49,897 nucleotides of DNA from Kipferlia bialata (taxonomy: Eukaryota): positions 1 to 49,897 of the forward strand of contig BDIP01000010.1 in assembly GCA_003568945.1 (NCBI GenBank). Reading direction: 5' to 3'. Below, one piece after another: positions 1 through 13,100 of this stretch. Position numbers and translations under genes: made by a program. The notes beneath the pieces were generated by a model. It made no database searches, was not told the origin of the DNA, and saw only the letters and a list, made by a program, of their open reading frames with translations. Numbering within the stretch: position 1 is the stretch's first letter; each line of letters opens with the position of its first letter.

Positions 1-50
<50 letters not shown>

Positions 51-51
<1 letters not shown>

Positions 52-774
52 ATTGAGTGCTAGTCAGCCAAAGCCTATGATAATTGACACATACGCACCC
101 CCTTTCTCTCTGGTGCTGTCATGACTGTGTTGTACCCCTCCTGACTGAGCACAAGTGGGTCTGCCACGAGGGGTGTCTTGGAGGGGGACTGGTACACAGC
201 CACAGACACAGACGCAAGGGCATTGTCATGGCACATGCTGGGGGGAGGGGGGTGGATAGTATGGTATGGCAGATTTAGTGGTGCCACTAATACCAACATG
301 CAACATAACACAATGGTACAAGTATGAGAGAGGTGAGCGCAGGCACAATGGTACCAATCCAACTCAAGTTGAGTCTCAGCACCCGCAGGATACGAACGGA
401 GGGACCATCTTACCTGGTAAGGAATACAGGGGTGATATTGAGGGCTAAACAGGTCCGAAGGAATCCTAAAGCATATGGTCTGCGATATATGCTAGTTCCC
501 CTGGAGGTAAATGAATTGTGGGGAAGTATTGGGGGGGGGGGGGCACATGAACACTAACCTTTCCTATACTGAAGTTGATGTTTCATATATATCTCATTTG
601 TTAGCTGCAGGCAAATGATAAACCTGACAAGACTATCCACACTCATACCAATAACACACACCTCTTTGCCCTGACCAAGAGTGTCTCATTCATATCCAGA
701 CACACAACACGCCTGGGGTACTTCTCTGGCGTGGCAGCAGGCACCTCTGCAGGCACTACTGGAACCTCTACCAT
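51..774 (-). CDS. FCP1/NIF-like HAD-superfamily phosphatase, multi-exon, 3' end runs off at the poly-G window edge
   Basis: Spliced exons read MVEVP...RRVVCLDMNETLLVR (HAD motif-I-like DxNETL), IYRRPYALGFLRTC (RP..FL) and VFLTS|MCHDNA, in the order typical of NIF/FCP1 domains. Phase of exon 2 not resolved. Confidence 0.5.
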
Positions 775-918
775 GTCCTATCCAGGACTGAGGCTGAGAG
801 AGACTCTCAGTGACAACTGAAAGCATTTATTCTCTACACCCTTTCTCACAACCTGCAAAGCGTAGTTTTGGACCAGCCCTTCTTTTCCAATAAATCTCAG
901 CTGCTGACCAGCTCTACT

Positions 919-2428
919 CTATTCCATCTGCACCCCGAAGGATGCCACCATGCCCGTCCCAGAGTGGTACAGGGGGCACCCTGCCAGGAACCCTGTCTGG
1001 TCCATGGCAATGGCCTGGCCCATGCCCACCTTGTTGACATGTGCACCTGTGTGTGTGAAGACCCCCTCTCTGTCCCAGTCGGTCCAGTCACGGTGGTACA
1101 CAGACACCTGGGGTCAGCGGCTGAGGTACTATACACATACACATATACTCAGTACATACACCCCACCTCTCCGTATGACCCATTGGCGCCTGGGGCACCT
1201 ATGGCCAGGAAGGCCGAGTCGATGCCGACAGCGGCACCCAGCTGGGCCCCTGTTGTGTTGCCGGAGAAGGTCTCCTCCTCGTCTATGTCCCACCCGTCGA
1301 TGCGGTACACCCACGCCCTGCCTGCCTTGACCTTTCCACCCACTGTGGCACTGCCGCACCCCAGGCTGAGGAGGGTGTCCCCGTGGCCACCCTCCTGTAC
1401 AGCGACAGACAGTGCACCGGCACACGACTCAGTGACGTCACCCCAGTACTGGCCAAGGTCTTTTCCCACCCTTGCAAAGACTGCAGCGCACCCGCCCTCC
1501 CTGGACCCGAGCACAATCCAGTCTCCATTGGCTGACACGGTATACCCCATGCCAGGGCACCTGGCACCCTCCTCAAGGAGCCTGCCCTCGCTGAAGGTGG
1601 CGCCCATGCTCACATACCGATGGGCCTTCCCCATCTGCCTGCCTGTCCCCGGGGTGCCCACCACCAGTACCCTCTCTCCAGTCTGGGGGTTAGGAAGGGA
1701 GACATTAGACTAGACTAGACAGAGGCCCTTTGAAGAGGCAGCGGTGCATACATGTACCTGAGCGGTTGTGAGGGCAAGGCTCTCCCCATAGGTGCTGTCA
1801 GCGTCTGAGAAGACCTGGTACTGGCTGAACCCCTTGTGGCCACTCTTGTACACCACCACAGTGCTGGTGCCACTGGCTCCATGGGAGGGGGCAGAGACAG
1901 CCACATAGGGGCCTGACAGTCAGGGGAGGAGTAAATAGAGTAACAGCTATTTTCCACACTGATAGAGTCAACGAACGGTATGAACGTAGATTCTGACCAC
2001 AGCTGAAAATACAAAAGTGTATAGTATTACACATCCAAAGAGATGGCAGAGGCCTTATATCGCTAATTAGAGCCTTATGTCCCCTATAAGGACGGTGCTA
2101 GAGGTACAGAGAGTATCCTTGTGTACTACCAAGTGTCAAGCAGACTCTTACCTGCAATACCAACCCCCCAGCCGTAGTTGTGCACACCAGATGGCGCCGA
2201 AAGGGCCTGCACAAAGCTCCAGTGTGACCCGTTGTCCTTTGTGTGGTATATGTATGCGGCCCCTGCCCCAGGTGCACCCACCACTGCATACCCACCCCCT
2301 AAGGCCACAGAGGAGCCAAAGGCGTCATGGCCTGAGGAGTAAGCATCTGTGATGTTGCTCCTCCAGTACACTCCCTCTCTGGCAGATACCACTGCAGCGA
2401 GGCACAGTGCCAGCAGGAGCACACGCAT
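919..2428 (-). CDS. Secreted FG-GAP-repeat / beta-propeller-like protein (about 4 exons)
   Basis: Signal peptide MRVLLLALCLAAVVSA; repeated FG-GAP-like units (FGSSVALGGGYAVVGAPGAGAAYIY; YGESLAL; LGAAVGIDSAFLAIGAPG; MGQAIAM); GT-AG introns; stop at 919. Confidence 0.7.
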
Positions 2429-2559
2429 GTCAGAAGAGATGTGTTCAACTCAGAGAGTTTTGTGTGTATCTGAGGGTTAACAAACCAGTCAAACGGTCAA
2501 GACGGTCGGGGCTGCTTGTATGTGTCTTTGAAAGACAGTCTTTCTACCCATACAGATCC

Positions 2560-2964
2560 ATGTCCTCGGAGTCCTCGCCACCCCTCTTTGTAGTGGAGCC
2601 GTTTGTCCTCCCTGTCTTGGACCCTGGTGTGGATGGGTCAGATACAGTGAGGGTGAGTGGGACAATCAGTCACGTAGAACTATTTTGTCTATTCTCCTAT
2701 GTATATTCTCCTATGTATATTAGCCAGACAGAACTCCTCCCTCTCCCTCCATACTATTACTTTCTGACACAAGTGGTGCCCGGCTGCATCACAACCCATT
2801 ACTCCCCGTACGTATATCCTATCACCACATATGTATGTGTATGTTTCTAATGTCAGATCAATGCTGCTGTGAGTCTGCGTGCCTCTGCCCTCCTCCTCTG
2901 CCATGGGGGTGTGACCACGGATGACAGGGGTGGGTGGCACTGTGCTTGGTGCTAGCATCATGTA

Positions 2965-3010
<46 letters not shown>

Positions 3011-3042
3011 CCCTCCTTCCCTCTTTTTTTATGGGGGCCCCC

Positions 3043-3073
<31 letters not shown>

Positions 3074-3196
3074 ACCCACCCAGCTCTTGCCGAGGAGAAG
3101 GAGGCCAAGGCCAAGGACGAGAAGGAGGAGGAGGCTGAGACCGTAGAGAAGAAGGAGGAGAAGGAGGAGGAGAAGGAGGAGGAGAAGAAGGAGTGA
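2560..3196 (+). CDS. Hypothetical: two 5' exons (MSSESSPPLF...; INAAVSLRASALLLCHGGVTTDDR) plus an E/K-rich last exon across a poly-C tract; possibly chimeric
   Basis: Good donors at about 2653 and 2929 and an acceptor at 3083; phases are compatible, but a long poly-C run (2966-3053) separates the parts. Confidence 0.3.
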
Positions 3197-3411
3197 AGTA
3201 TCGGAGCGCCTTAGTCGAGATGGCTCTTCCGGTCTCCCCTAAGTGGATGTATATACCATAAAGTATTATGGTCAGGTGTCACTTTGTGTGAATGTCAGCA
3301 AGGAAGTCAATATATTATTTGATATAACTGGGGTTCTGTGTTATAGTCTATTCTGTTGGAGAATGGTGAAAGTGGACGTCTGCCATAAGACGCTGGGTCT
3401 CGTGCATGTGA

Positions 3412-6317
3412 TCACTCTAACTGTGTCCCAATGCCCGCTCCGGGTCCTGTCTCTGTGTCTGTGGCCCCCTTGAGACTCTCTAGAGCACCCACCACCCCCT
3501 CCATCTCCTCTCTCTCTTGTTCCTCTAGCTCTCTCTGCCGGGCCTGGGGTTAAATCCATACAGCATTGGGAGAGAGACAACTGGCTGGCATTGCAACAAT
3601 AGGCGGGGTGTATACGTACGCCGCCATCCCCCTACCTGGTGGGTGTCAAGGAACATGCCAATGCTCTCGGTGAAGTAGACAACATCGGAGTAGGTGTCTG
3701 AAGGTGAGGGAAGGGCAGATAATAGACAATAGACCCGAAGCAATAGGAGGTATCAACCCACCTGTGTGCTCTGCTGTGTCGCGTGTCTGCTCCTGTGCAA
3801 ATACTAGGTAGTCCCTGACCTGCATGTGGTCTGCATCGTCTGAAGAGGGTCAGGAGATGCTATGGGGGGGGGTGGGGGGGACTGTATTGACATACATAGA
3901 TACATCAGTACATATGCACGCATACCCATGTCCAGCTGGGGCACCACCGAGTGGAGCAGGTGGCACACCTCCCAGATAAGGGGGGGGGCTGTGTACACCC
4001 TGGTCAGGTCCATCCCAGTCTGGACAGCCATCTTCCTGGGGTCAGGTAAAGTCATGGGGTATAGGAGCGCGGGGGGGCTAAGCTGGTGTTGCTCCGCATA
4101 CACACGTGTACATGTACCGGTACCTGAAGGAGGGCTCAGCCCCTATGCAGAGGGTGGCCAGAAGGGTGAGGCCTGAGGGAAGAGTTGTAGGAGGACATAC
4201 ATACATGCAAACGCACCCTTCTCTCTCCCACCCATCTCCAATGCATACGTACCATAGCTGACCCCTGGGGTCGGTGTGGGACCCCTCTCCCCCTCCCCAT
4301 CTGTCTCTGTGTGGGCCTCTGCCACTAGCATGGAGCAGTGGTGCAGCACATCATGGTGGATGCCTAGGGTGGGAGGGGGGGGAGAAGGATGAGAGACCCG
4401 TACTGTGTACAAGAGACAAGAGTGATGGCCGAGTGCGACTGAATAGCCTCGAGGTGAGACACATAACACACCCCCACCTGTCTCTCTGGCTGTCCTGAGG
4501 TTGGCGCTGACCCTGCTGTACTCAGCCCCCATCAGGATGTTGTAGAGCAGGGGGGACGGCTGCTCCTGCACATAAGACACAGAGGCACATCCGAAAGATG
4601 TGACATGTGCAACAAATGGTAATGACAACATACATAGGAGACACGGGACCGGGAGAGTAGACAACTGTTCATCTCAGTGGCACCGATACACAGAGACACA
4701 TATAGGTATGCGTATCCACCCCTCTTACCTTGTGGTTGTCCCACAGGACCCTCAGAGCCCTGGCGGAGAACTCGGGGATGAGGCCCCGGTCCCTGCCCAG
4801 CTCCCAGTTCTCCCCATGCCTCTCTACCTCGGGGTGAGAAATATAATGAGTATTAGAATGGTACGCAAGCATTGCATAGCTCAAGGTCAACGGTAGACAT
4901 ACACATCGTCGAGACATCAGAGCTACTGAGTAGCACATGCACATTATCAGTAGTGATACTGATACTGATAACACTTGCACATGCACACCCACCAGGCTGA
5001 GCTGGTGCCTCTCTCTCTCAGTCAGGTCAGCCACAGTGGTGGGGTGCTCGTGCTCACTCTGAGGGTGAGTGAGGGATAGGTACAATACTGCTCGTACTCT
5101 CAAAACCAATATAGAGACTGTATCTACAGACTGCATATACACAGACTGCAACCCCCCAGTCACTGATATGCTGATGTCTCTTACCTTGATTGCCTCCATC
5201 AGTCTCTCCCGAGCCAGATCACCTGGGGTCCAGCTGCCACGGCGCCTAATAAGTCAGACAGCAATAGACAAACGACAACGTTGAGAGGGTTGAAAGCCCT
5301 AAATCGCTCTGACACAGGCTAGACAGATAGTGTTGTGATAGTAGATGGGACTGATCATTTCTCTATGGCCTCCATATCCTAGACTGGAGAGATATAGGGG
5401 TGAGTCCAGTACCTGAGGTGTCTGTAGTGGGGCATCCTCCTCTCAGGCAAGACACCGGCTGGGATCTTGCTAGGATGAGGCTGATCAAGTATCCCTGTAT
5501 ATACTGTGACTGTCAATACTATACAACCTTATCTCTGATACTACTATAGACCTATACTTATGTTCACAGTGGAGCACTACTTGATACAGTACAACCACTG
5601 CTACTAATGCACCCACCTGATGCTATGTCCGGCATTGACAATGTCGAGCAGACACTCGGGACACAGGTAGAGCTCTGTGTGAGAATATGGAAATGACTAA
5701 TTGGGGCCATTCTGCAATACAGAATGAGGGAACATGGTGATCAAGCACAGCTGATCCAGGGTCTATCTGCCAGATATACTATACGCGAAGTCCAACGCAA
5801 TAACACCCAACTACCTGTTGTATTGTCCCGGTACCTGACCTCTAGGTGGTGCTTGGAACACAGGGCAGCCTGGGGTGAGAGGCACAACAATGTGAGAGTG
5901 GTACACATAATCGGGGGAGGGAGCAACCTTTGCGAAAGAGAGCAACACATGACAAGACCATGAGTATAAGTATCACACAAGTACTCAACAGTCCCAGTTA
6001 CTCCCAGTACCAACCTGGGGCTGGTGTGGGTGTGTGGCCCCCTCCACTCTGGCCCCAGCCTCCTCTGCCTCTACCCCTCCCTCTGCCCCTGTTCTGGCAC
6101 TATCTGCCTCTGCCCCTCTCCTGGCGTCATCTGCCTCGGGCCTCTTGGCATGGGGCTCCTGGGGTGAGGAACTGTGATCACATTGCACCAACACTCTGAC
6201 ACTCACCTCAGCAGGGGTGAGAGGAGGATGCTTCTGGGGGAAGCCACCAATAGGCAGTTGAGCCTGGCCATGCTCCGAGGAAGGGGAGGGGGAGGGGGAC
6301 TCAATGTCCAGCTCCAT
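3412..6317 (-). CDS. Multi-exon hypothetical protein with a Myb/SANT-like segment
   Basis: About 12 GT-AG exons from MELDIESP to ...GTQLE*; internal LTERERHQLSL|VERHGENWELGRDRGLIPEFSARALRVLWDNH resembles a Myb repeat; Cys/His motif CSKHH...YLCPECL. Confidence 0.45.
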
Positions 6318-6878
6318 GTCGGTGTCTGGGTCTGGGTCAAAGTGGCTCACAATATGCGAACACACTCACAGAGCAACAGTCGAAGGCGCTGGGTCTCAAA
6401 GCGACCCTAGTTGGTGGAGGGTGGGTGAGTGTGCTGCGAATGTTACAGCCAAACGCAAGATGACCCTCAGGCCAATAGATGGTCTCACAGACGATATAGC
6501 GTCGCCGCAGAATTTCATACATCCTCCGGACTCAGACTAGCACGGGTGACCGCCATATGGGACACCACCATGAACAGCAATGGACATCTGCTATGAATTA
6601 GTTGACACAGCCTGCCGATATTGTGTACCCTGTGCACTGAACAAATTCCTTGTGAAAATATCCTACGTATGCCCCATACACGTACCGAATATCATCACAC
6701 AATGAATACCACTGGACGTACAGGCGGTGCACACCGTCCCTCTAGGAAGGCCAAGCGCCGATGGCTCACTCAAAAAAAGAAGGATGAATAAGGGTACTGT
6801 TGTACTCTGAGTGACAGATATGACGAGCTTTAAGCAAGCTTCTGGCGACTTCATCCATCTTGGTGTGCATCACCACCC

Positions 6879-9632
6879 ATGGCATACCTGTTTGCGGTAA
6901 TGGCCGCCTTGGCGACCGTTTCCCTTGCTCTCAATGACCCTTCTCAGATTGCCCTCTTCTACTACCCCGATACCTTCCAGACAGGGCGTACCTCGCACTT
7001 TCTGAGTTTTATATGGGATGAGTTTGGAGGGCAGACCGCAATTGATGATGCCAAGCCCCTGTTCGTGCACTGGAAGCACACTGCCACCATGCAGACTGGT
7101 GAATGTGATGTTATTCCCTTTGATGGTTATGGGGTGGATATAGGTGAGCTAGGTTTGCCTCTGTTGGGTCTGTATGGTTGGTGATATGTTTGGGTAGTCA
7201 TCTCAATTGTGTTACCCTTATGTGGATAGTTCTTCCCTGCGACAAGTAGCTGACTGTCTTATTGTTTACCAGTTTCTTCTTCACAATACTGGTCTGGGTC
7301 TCCTAAGATGTAACACTACTTCGCCTGCCCGATGCATGGGAGGCGTGCAGATGTATATCTTTGAGTGTCCGGTCTAACTTCCAGGGTGTGTGTTCTATGA
7401 CCCAGGCCAGTATGTACTTGAGGCCAGGTTTGGCCTTGAGGGCGACTTCCAGCTTGTGACAGAGGCTATCAGTGGCATGGTATATGCTGGGACAGCAGTT
7501 GGTACGAATAGTATGGCAGTACACCAGTCTAGAGTGGTCAAGGTGTTGTGTCTCCATTTCTCTGCGATTGGTCTCACCCCCAGTGCAGAGTGTCATTCCC
7601 AACAGGACCATCTTCTGTACCGACAGGCACTGCGAGACTGGTCTGTCTGCCGCTTCTTTCACAGCCAGTGACACACTGGACATCTGGGCAGTGTCCCACG
7701 ACAGGTATACATACATATGTCAGTAGCCAATGTCACTATGCATATGGTGTGTTGGCACAGTCCATATTGATGTTTCTATGGCCAGAGACTGGCTGGGAGG
7801 GGACAGTTACCTTCTCTCTTCTACGTCCTTGTCCCTGTCTGACCTCAGCAACGGGTACTCCATCACATGTGCCAATGCCCTCCCCCAACTGGTCCTGTCC
7901 ACCTCTCTCGGGGTCCCATCTCCCCAAGGTGAGTGTAGAGGACATCGCCACACAGTGATGCGCGACAGTTTGGTACTTGATATGCATTGTTCCTGACCCC
8001 AGCCTCTGGTGTCGACACCCCCAGTCAGGAAGCCATTCTGGATGCCGAGGACCGCATTCTGCACTACGAGTGTGACTCTGACATGACAGACCCTCAGGAC
8101 ACGGTGGTCACTAGTGTACACATCACACTTAGTGGAACCAGAGCAGGTGGGTCAATATATATATATATATATATTATATAGTACATATATATAGTATATA
8201 TATGAGTGTGATATGTCAAATGATATTGGGAGTATGTGCTCTTGTATTGTTTCACTCACACTCACCCAAGGTGATCTCCTGGAGTTGAACTTTGGTACAG
8301 CTGGTGCGAACACCGTTCTACCTGTAAATGTGTTGCCTAGGGTACGTATTGTGTACATATTTCGACCACTACATTCTTACGTACTTGTGGACTTATGTTT
8401 CATCATACATTACTACCCATTGAGAATTTCACTGTCCCCATGTAATATCTCTCACCTTAGGAAGTGTCCCCCTCTCTCTCAGGTCTGGCCGGCAGCTGGA
8501 CTGGAGACAGCCTTCTAGGTGAGTCACATGTGTACGTGTCGTGTTTATATGTATTTGGGATGCGTCACTGTACATGTCCCTTACCACTCAGGAAGGCACC
8601 GCCACGGGTCCCCCCTGTCCCTCCAGGTCTATCTGGTGGATGAGTATGGCAACTTTGCCAGTGATTCCTGTGACGGCATTACTATCACAGATGCAGTGGC
8701 AGGTACAGACATTGTATATATATGGACGTTGAGGCAACAGGGATATGGTGGCCGGGATAGGTAATATGTATACTCTCTGCGTTTGACTGGTCGGGTATTA
8801 TCATATGTGTATACTTCAGTCTCCATGTGGTGCGCTCGCCCCACCCCAGGTCCCGTATCCTCCCAGTGCTCCTCTGACACCCACCTCGGTGTATGCTCCT
8901 GCGCCGTGACAGACCTCGACGGCATGCTCTCCAAGCGCACTCTGTCCGCCCTCTACACTGGGGCACCCCTCCTCGCAGGTATGGCTGGTGGATGTACGTT
9001 GACATTGTCATTCTGCACTTATGTCACAGCACTACATTGTTGGGTCAGCAGACACATGTGTGTATTGTATTGATATGGGGAGACAGTCTTGACCCTTACC
9101 CGCAAGGCGTTGCCAGTCAGTCGTACCTCTCCACCTACTGGCCCACCCTCTCCCCCCCTGTCCCCTCCCTTGTAGTGCCCTGTGCCTCTCTCCCCTTCCT
9201 GATCTGCCTCACCCTGCTGGTCATGGGCATTGTCGGAGGGGGGGTCTTCGCCTTCATGTGGTGGATTGGCGATGGGACCATATTCAAGAGGGGCCCTGAC
9301 AGGTGAGTGTATTGGCTAAATGGTGCATTGGTATTTAGGTTGGTCTCTGATATAGTTTGTATCACCTTGCCCACATCCAGATACAAGATACTTGAGTACA
9401 ACAGCGAACCGAACTCGGAAATCGATCTGCCTGCTCTTGAGGTGAGTAGCAGATGTCGGCACGTCTATATGTTTCATTTGTTTCAGATATGCCTCACGTG
9501 GCTGTTCCAGTATGGCATTAGTGTCCTGACCGCCAGGCCGGCCCCTCCATCTACAACTCCCCCAGAGCGGCATACGCCTCTGGGTGCAACTGGCCCCAGG
9601 GAGAGACAGACAGAGAGAGGTCATCGGCATAG
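6879..9632 (+). CDS. Type-I membrane/surface protein with Ig/filamin-like segments
   Basis: Signal peptide MAYLFAVMAALATVSLA; multi-exon ectodomain including LQVYLVDEYGN; one hydrophobic TM (LPFLICLTLLVMGIVGGGVFAFMWW, about 9190-9270); short cytoplasmic tail, stop at 9632. Confidence 0.6.
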
Positions 9633-10140
9633 GCTGGGCGACCCTGTGACATACGGGGGAGGGGCCACGGGTGTGGTATAAGTAGAATGCCATGCTGTAG
9701 AATGGCCATAATGTTGCCAACAGCCTCTCCTCTTGGAGGGTCCTTTCTTACACAGATAGGAGTATTAATTCATTATTAAAGCACACTGGAGAATAGAAAA
9801 TTTCGTGATTGGGTATTACTAGTGAGTCGTCGTAAGTACTAGGTCCTAGGAGAAAGCACATTTAGACTTTAAGTCTGAGTCTGAGAATAAAGTTGTAGTC
9901 ACCAGTAGACTACTAGGCCTAGTACTGATTCACTACATGAATGATTCACTATGAATCACAGTCTGTGTCAGTGAGATTCAGATCATCTGAATCACAGTAG
10001 TCAGAGTCTGACTGAGTCCCTGTGTCACAGACTGTGACTCAGAGTCTGTGACAGACTCTGTGATTCAAAAATAAGTAAACACGTAAGGGTTCAGCTCAAC
10101 ACCCTGGGTGTCACCCAAATATCTTCTCAAGCAAGCCGAC

Positions 10141-13100
10141 ATGCCTGCTGGGTCGAGGCCCCCCACAGAGTCCAATAACGTAGGGGTGTCGCCATTTCAA
10201 CTACCAAAGTACCCAAGGTATGCCAGGTCCCGCTCTGTGACTCCGTCCGGGACTGCGGCTGTGCCGGGGTCCGGACCTGTGTACAACATCTCGCACTCCA
10301 ACGCCAACCCACCCCTGCCGACCTATGATGCCCCAGTTGTTGCGGCAAGACCACGGTCAGTTTACGGGCAAATGAATGTGGCTGCTGTCCCCCAACACCT
10401 CTCCAGCGCTATCATCCCCCAAGGTCAGGTCCCCCCTCCCTCCAATGGAGAGTCTGCCCCTGGAGCTAGGCAGAGACAGCCGCAAGCACAGACAATGGCC
10501 ATGGACCGGGGGACTGCATCTCAGGCTGCACAGGTCCAGAGAAGCATCACAGGGGGGAGGCCAGGTGTGTATGGCTCTGGTCCGTCCAGCATATCCTCCC
10601 GCCCCCAAGACCCCCACCAGCCACTAGAGCCCATGTCTATGGCTGGATCCAGTGCCAGTATCAGTGCCAGTAGTGTTAGAGGCTTCGATGGGGCTGGGTA
10701 TCAGGCCGCGCCCCAGCCTCAGAGTGTGTCACAGGGCAGACGGGCACCACAGGCCCTCAACCCATCTACCTACTCTGCCCCCCATTCCCAGCCTCAGAAG
10801 CTGTCGGCCTCTATTGGAACAGGGTCATTCCCAAGGATAGGTATGAGTATATATTTATATATCTATAATGTATGACTTTCCAGTGGATCACTGGTCTGAA
10901 ATCTTTACAATGCATATATTGCATATGGTCCTACCATATTTATGTTATAACGTTGGAGTCTTTGAGTGTTGGTCTATTTTCATCTGATACCCTGGCATGT
11001 AAGTTCTTTGTCTCTTCTTACCCCAGGCTCTGCTCCTCCTGCCCCCTCTCCCCTGTCCGTGAGGTATCTGAAGGAGAGAGAGAGAGAGAGGGACCAGGGG
11101 ACGGCCAAGCCCCATACCTCAAGGGGTGGGGACGTGTATCCCCCCCACCCGACCACCAGTGCCCTCTATGCGAGGAGAGGTGGGGCGGAGGGTGGTGTGG
11201 TGCCTGTGTCCAGTGTGGTTGGACGGACAGAGGAGAGAGGCGGGGAGGGGGAGAGAGAGAAGAAGGCCAGGAAGGAGAGGGAGCGGCAGGAGATGGAACG
11301 CATTGTGGCCCTGGATAGGGAGAGAGAGCGGGAGAGAGAGAGGGAGAGACAACGCATGGCACACGGGAGGGAGAGAGGTAGAGAGTCAGTCAACTATGAC
11401 AGGGAGGTAGAGACTGATAGGGACATACATACTGAGAGAGCCTTCCGTCAGAGTGCGTCCCTCTCTCTGTACCCCAACGGTGCCAGGAAGGAGAGAGAGT
11501 CAGTGACGAGGCACCAGGTGCAGGCTGACGTATTCAGAGAGACTGAGCGGGGGGGGGAGATAGAGGACCTGTCCTCGAGGGCTGGGTATGTGTCGATGTC
11601 TGTAGAGAGGGGCCAAAGACAGCCGTCTGTAGAGAGGCAGAGAGAGAGAGAGAGAGAGAGTATGCGTATTAGGTCGCTCAAAGACACGGTAGCAGCTCTG
11701 CAGACAGACCTCAAACAGGTTTTTGTATATGTATATATATCCTGCCGCCGAGACCATACTTGTTCTTGCCTTCTCGTATCGTCTTTGTCTCTTTGTCTTT
11801 TCAACTCACCTCAGGCAGAGATGAGATTGGACACTGAGAGAGACTCCCTAGCTCTATCCACCACAGAACAGGTAGGAATGGATATGTATAATGTATCATA
11901 TTAAATCATTATTATTAAATGTGCATGTCAATTCCTGACGCCAGGTGTCTGAGTACTCCCAGATGAGTGCCGAACTACAGCAGAGACTGCAGGCGGAGCT
12001 GGTCAGAATGAGGTGCGTGTGTGTGATCTCTCTAGCTCTCTCTCTCTCTCTCTCTGACTTGTAGGGAGGAGCACTCCCACAAGATGGCCAGGCTGGAGAG
12101 AGAACACAAGGTGGGTACCAGAGGCCAATGATGATATGTATAGTATTATATCAGTGGTATCATATCATCAGTGTTGATATTGATACTGAGAGAGCACCAG
12201 GTATGTATGATCCGTCATCCACTCCTATTACACCTCATACGTTTAGCAGTGTGACCTTCTCACGTATCAGGACTGGCTGAGAGAGAGAGAGAGAGAGGAG
12301 AAGGAGAAGCAGGAGCTTGAGAGTCAGAGGGACAGGTACGACCACATACCATGCGCTGTTGACTGTCTCCCCCCCCCTCCCCCCCACCTCTCAGGTCCTC
12401 CCCCTCCCTGGGGCCTGGGCACCCTGGCTCTGGGTCTGTGCCATCGAGAGCAGACGCCCAGCACAGGTATCATCGGCCTCAATGCAGTGTCATATCAAAT
12501 GTATATATCGTATGTCACGGTTTGTCATATGTATACCCCCCCCCCCTCTGACCCCCAGGGACGAGGTGAGCGTGCTGGCTGCGCTCCTCGCAGTGGAGCA
12601 GGGCAGTGCCAGGAGGGGGGTGCATGACACAAGGGTGGAGAGGGAGAGGGAGGTACAGGCCTTGCACACCCAGTACAGCCTGGGGAGTGATGTCAGCGCA
12701 GACGCCACCCAGACAGCACAGGAGGAGAGAGAGGTACCCATGATGTATATACTCGGTTGAAGCTGATACGCATACATCCTATACATCATATAGATGTATA
12801 CGGCAGGAGACTGAGGCTGGAGTGCCGGAGTGGCTGGATAGGCAGGGATAGGATGGTGGAATATGTTTGTGTATATATCAAGACGCCTCACCCCAGCGCC
12901 TTGTCCGTACGGCGGCCGTGCTGCAGGCAGAGAGAGACCGAACCGAGGCCCAGGTCCACACCGCAGAGGCCAGGCTCAGGCAGCTGTGCCCAACCCCCGA
13001 CATGAGAGAAGGTGCGTACCCCACTCTATGACATGACAACAGATGATACTGTGTCTATGACGGAAAGGGTATGGTGCATCGACTACGCGATTTGTGTGTT

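Noticed and set aside
868..1713. 281-aa plus-strand ORF
   Set aside because: Antisense shadow of the FG-GAP gene exons; splice signals are on the minus strand.
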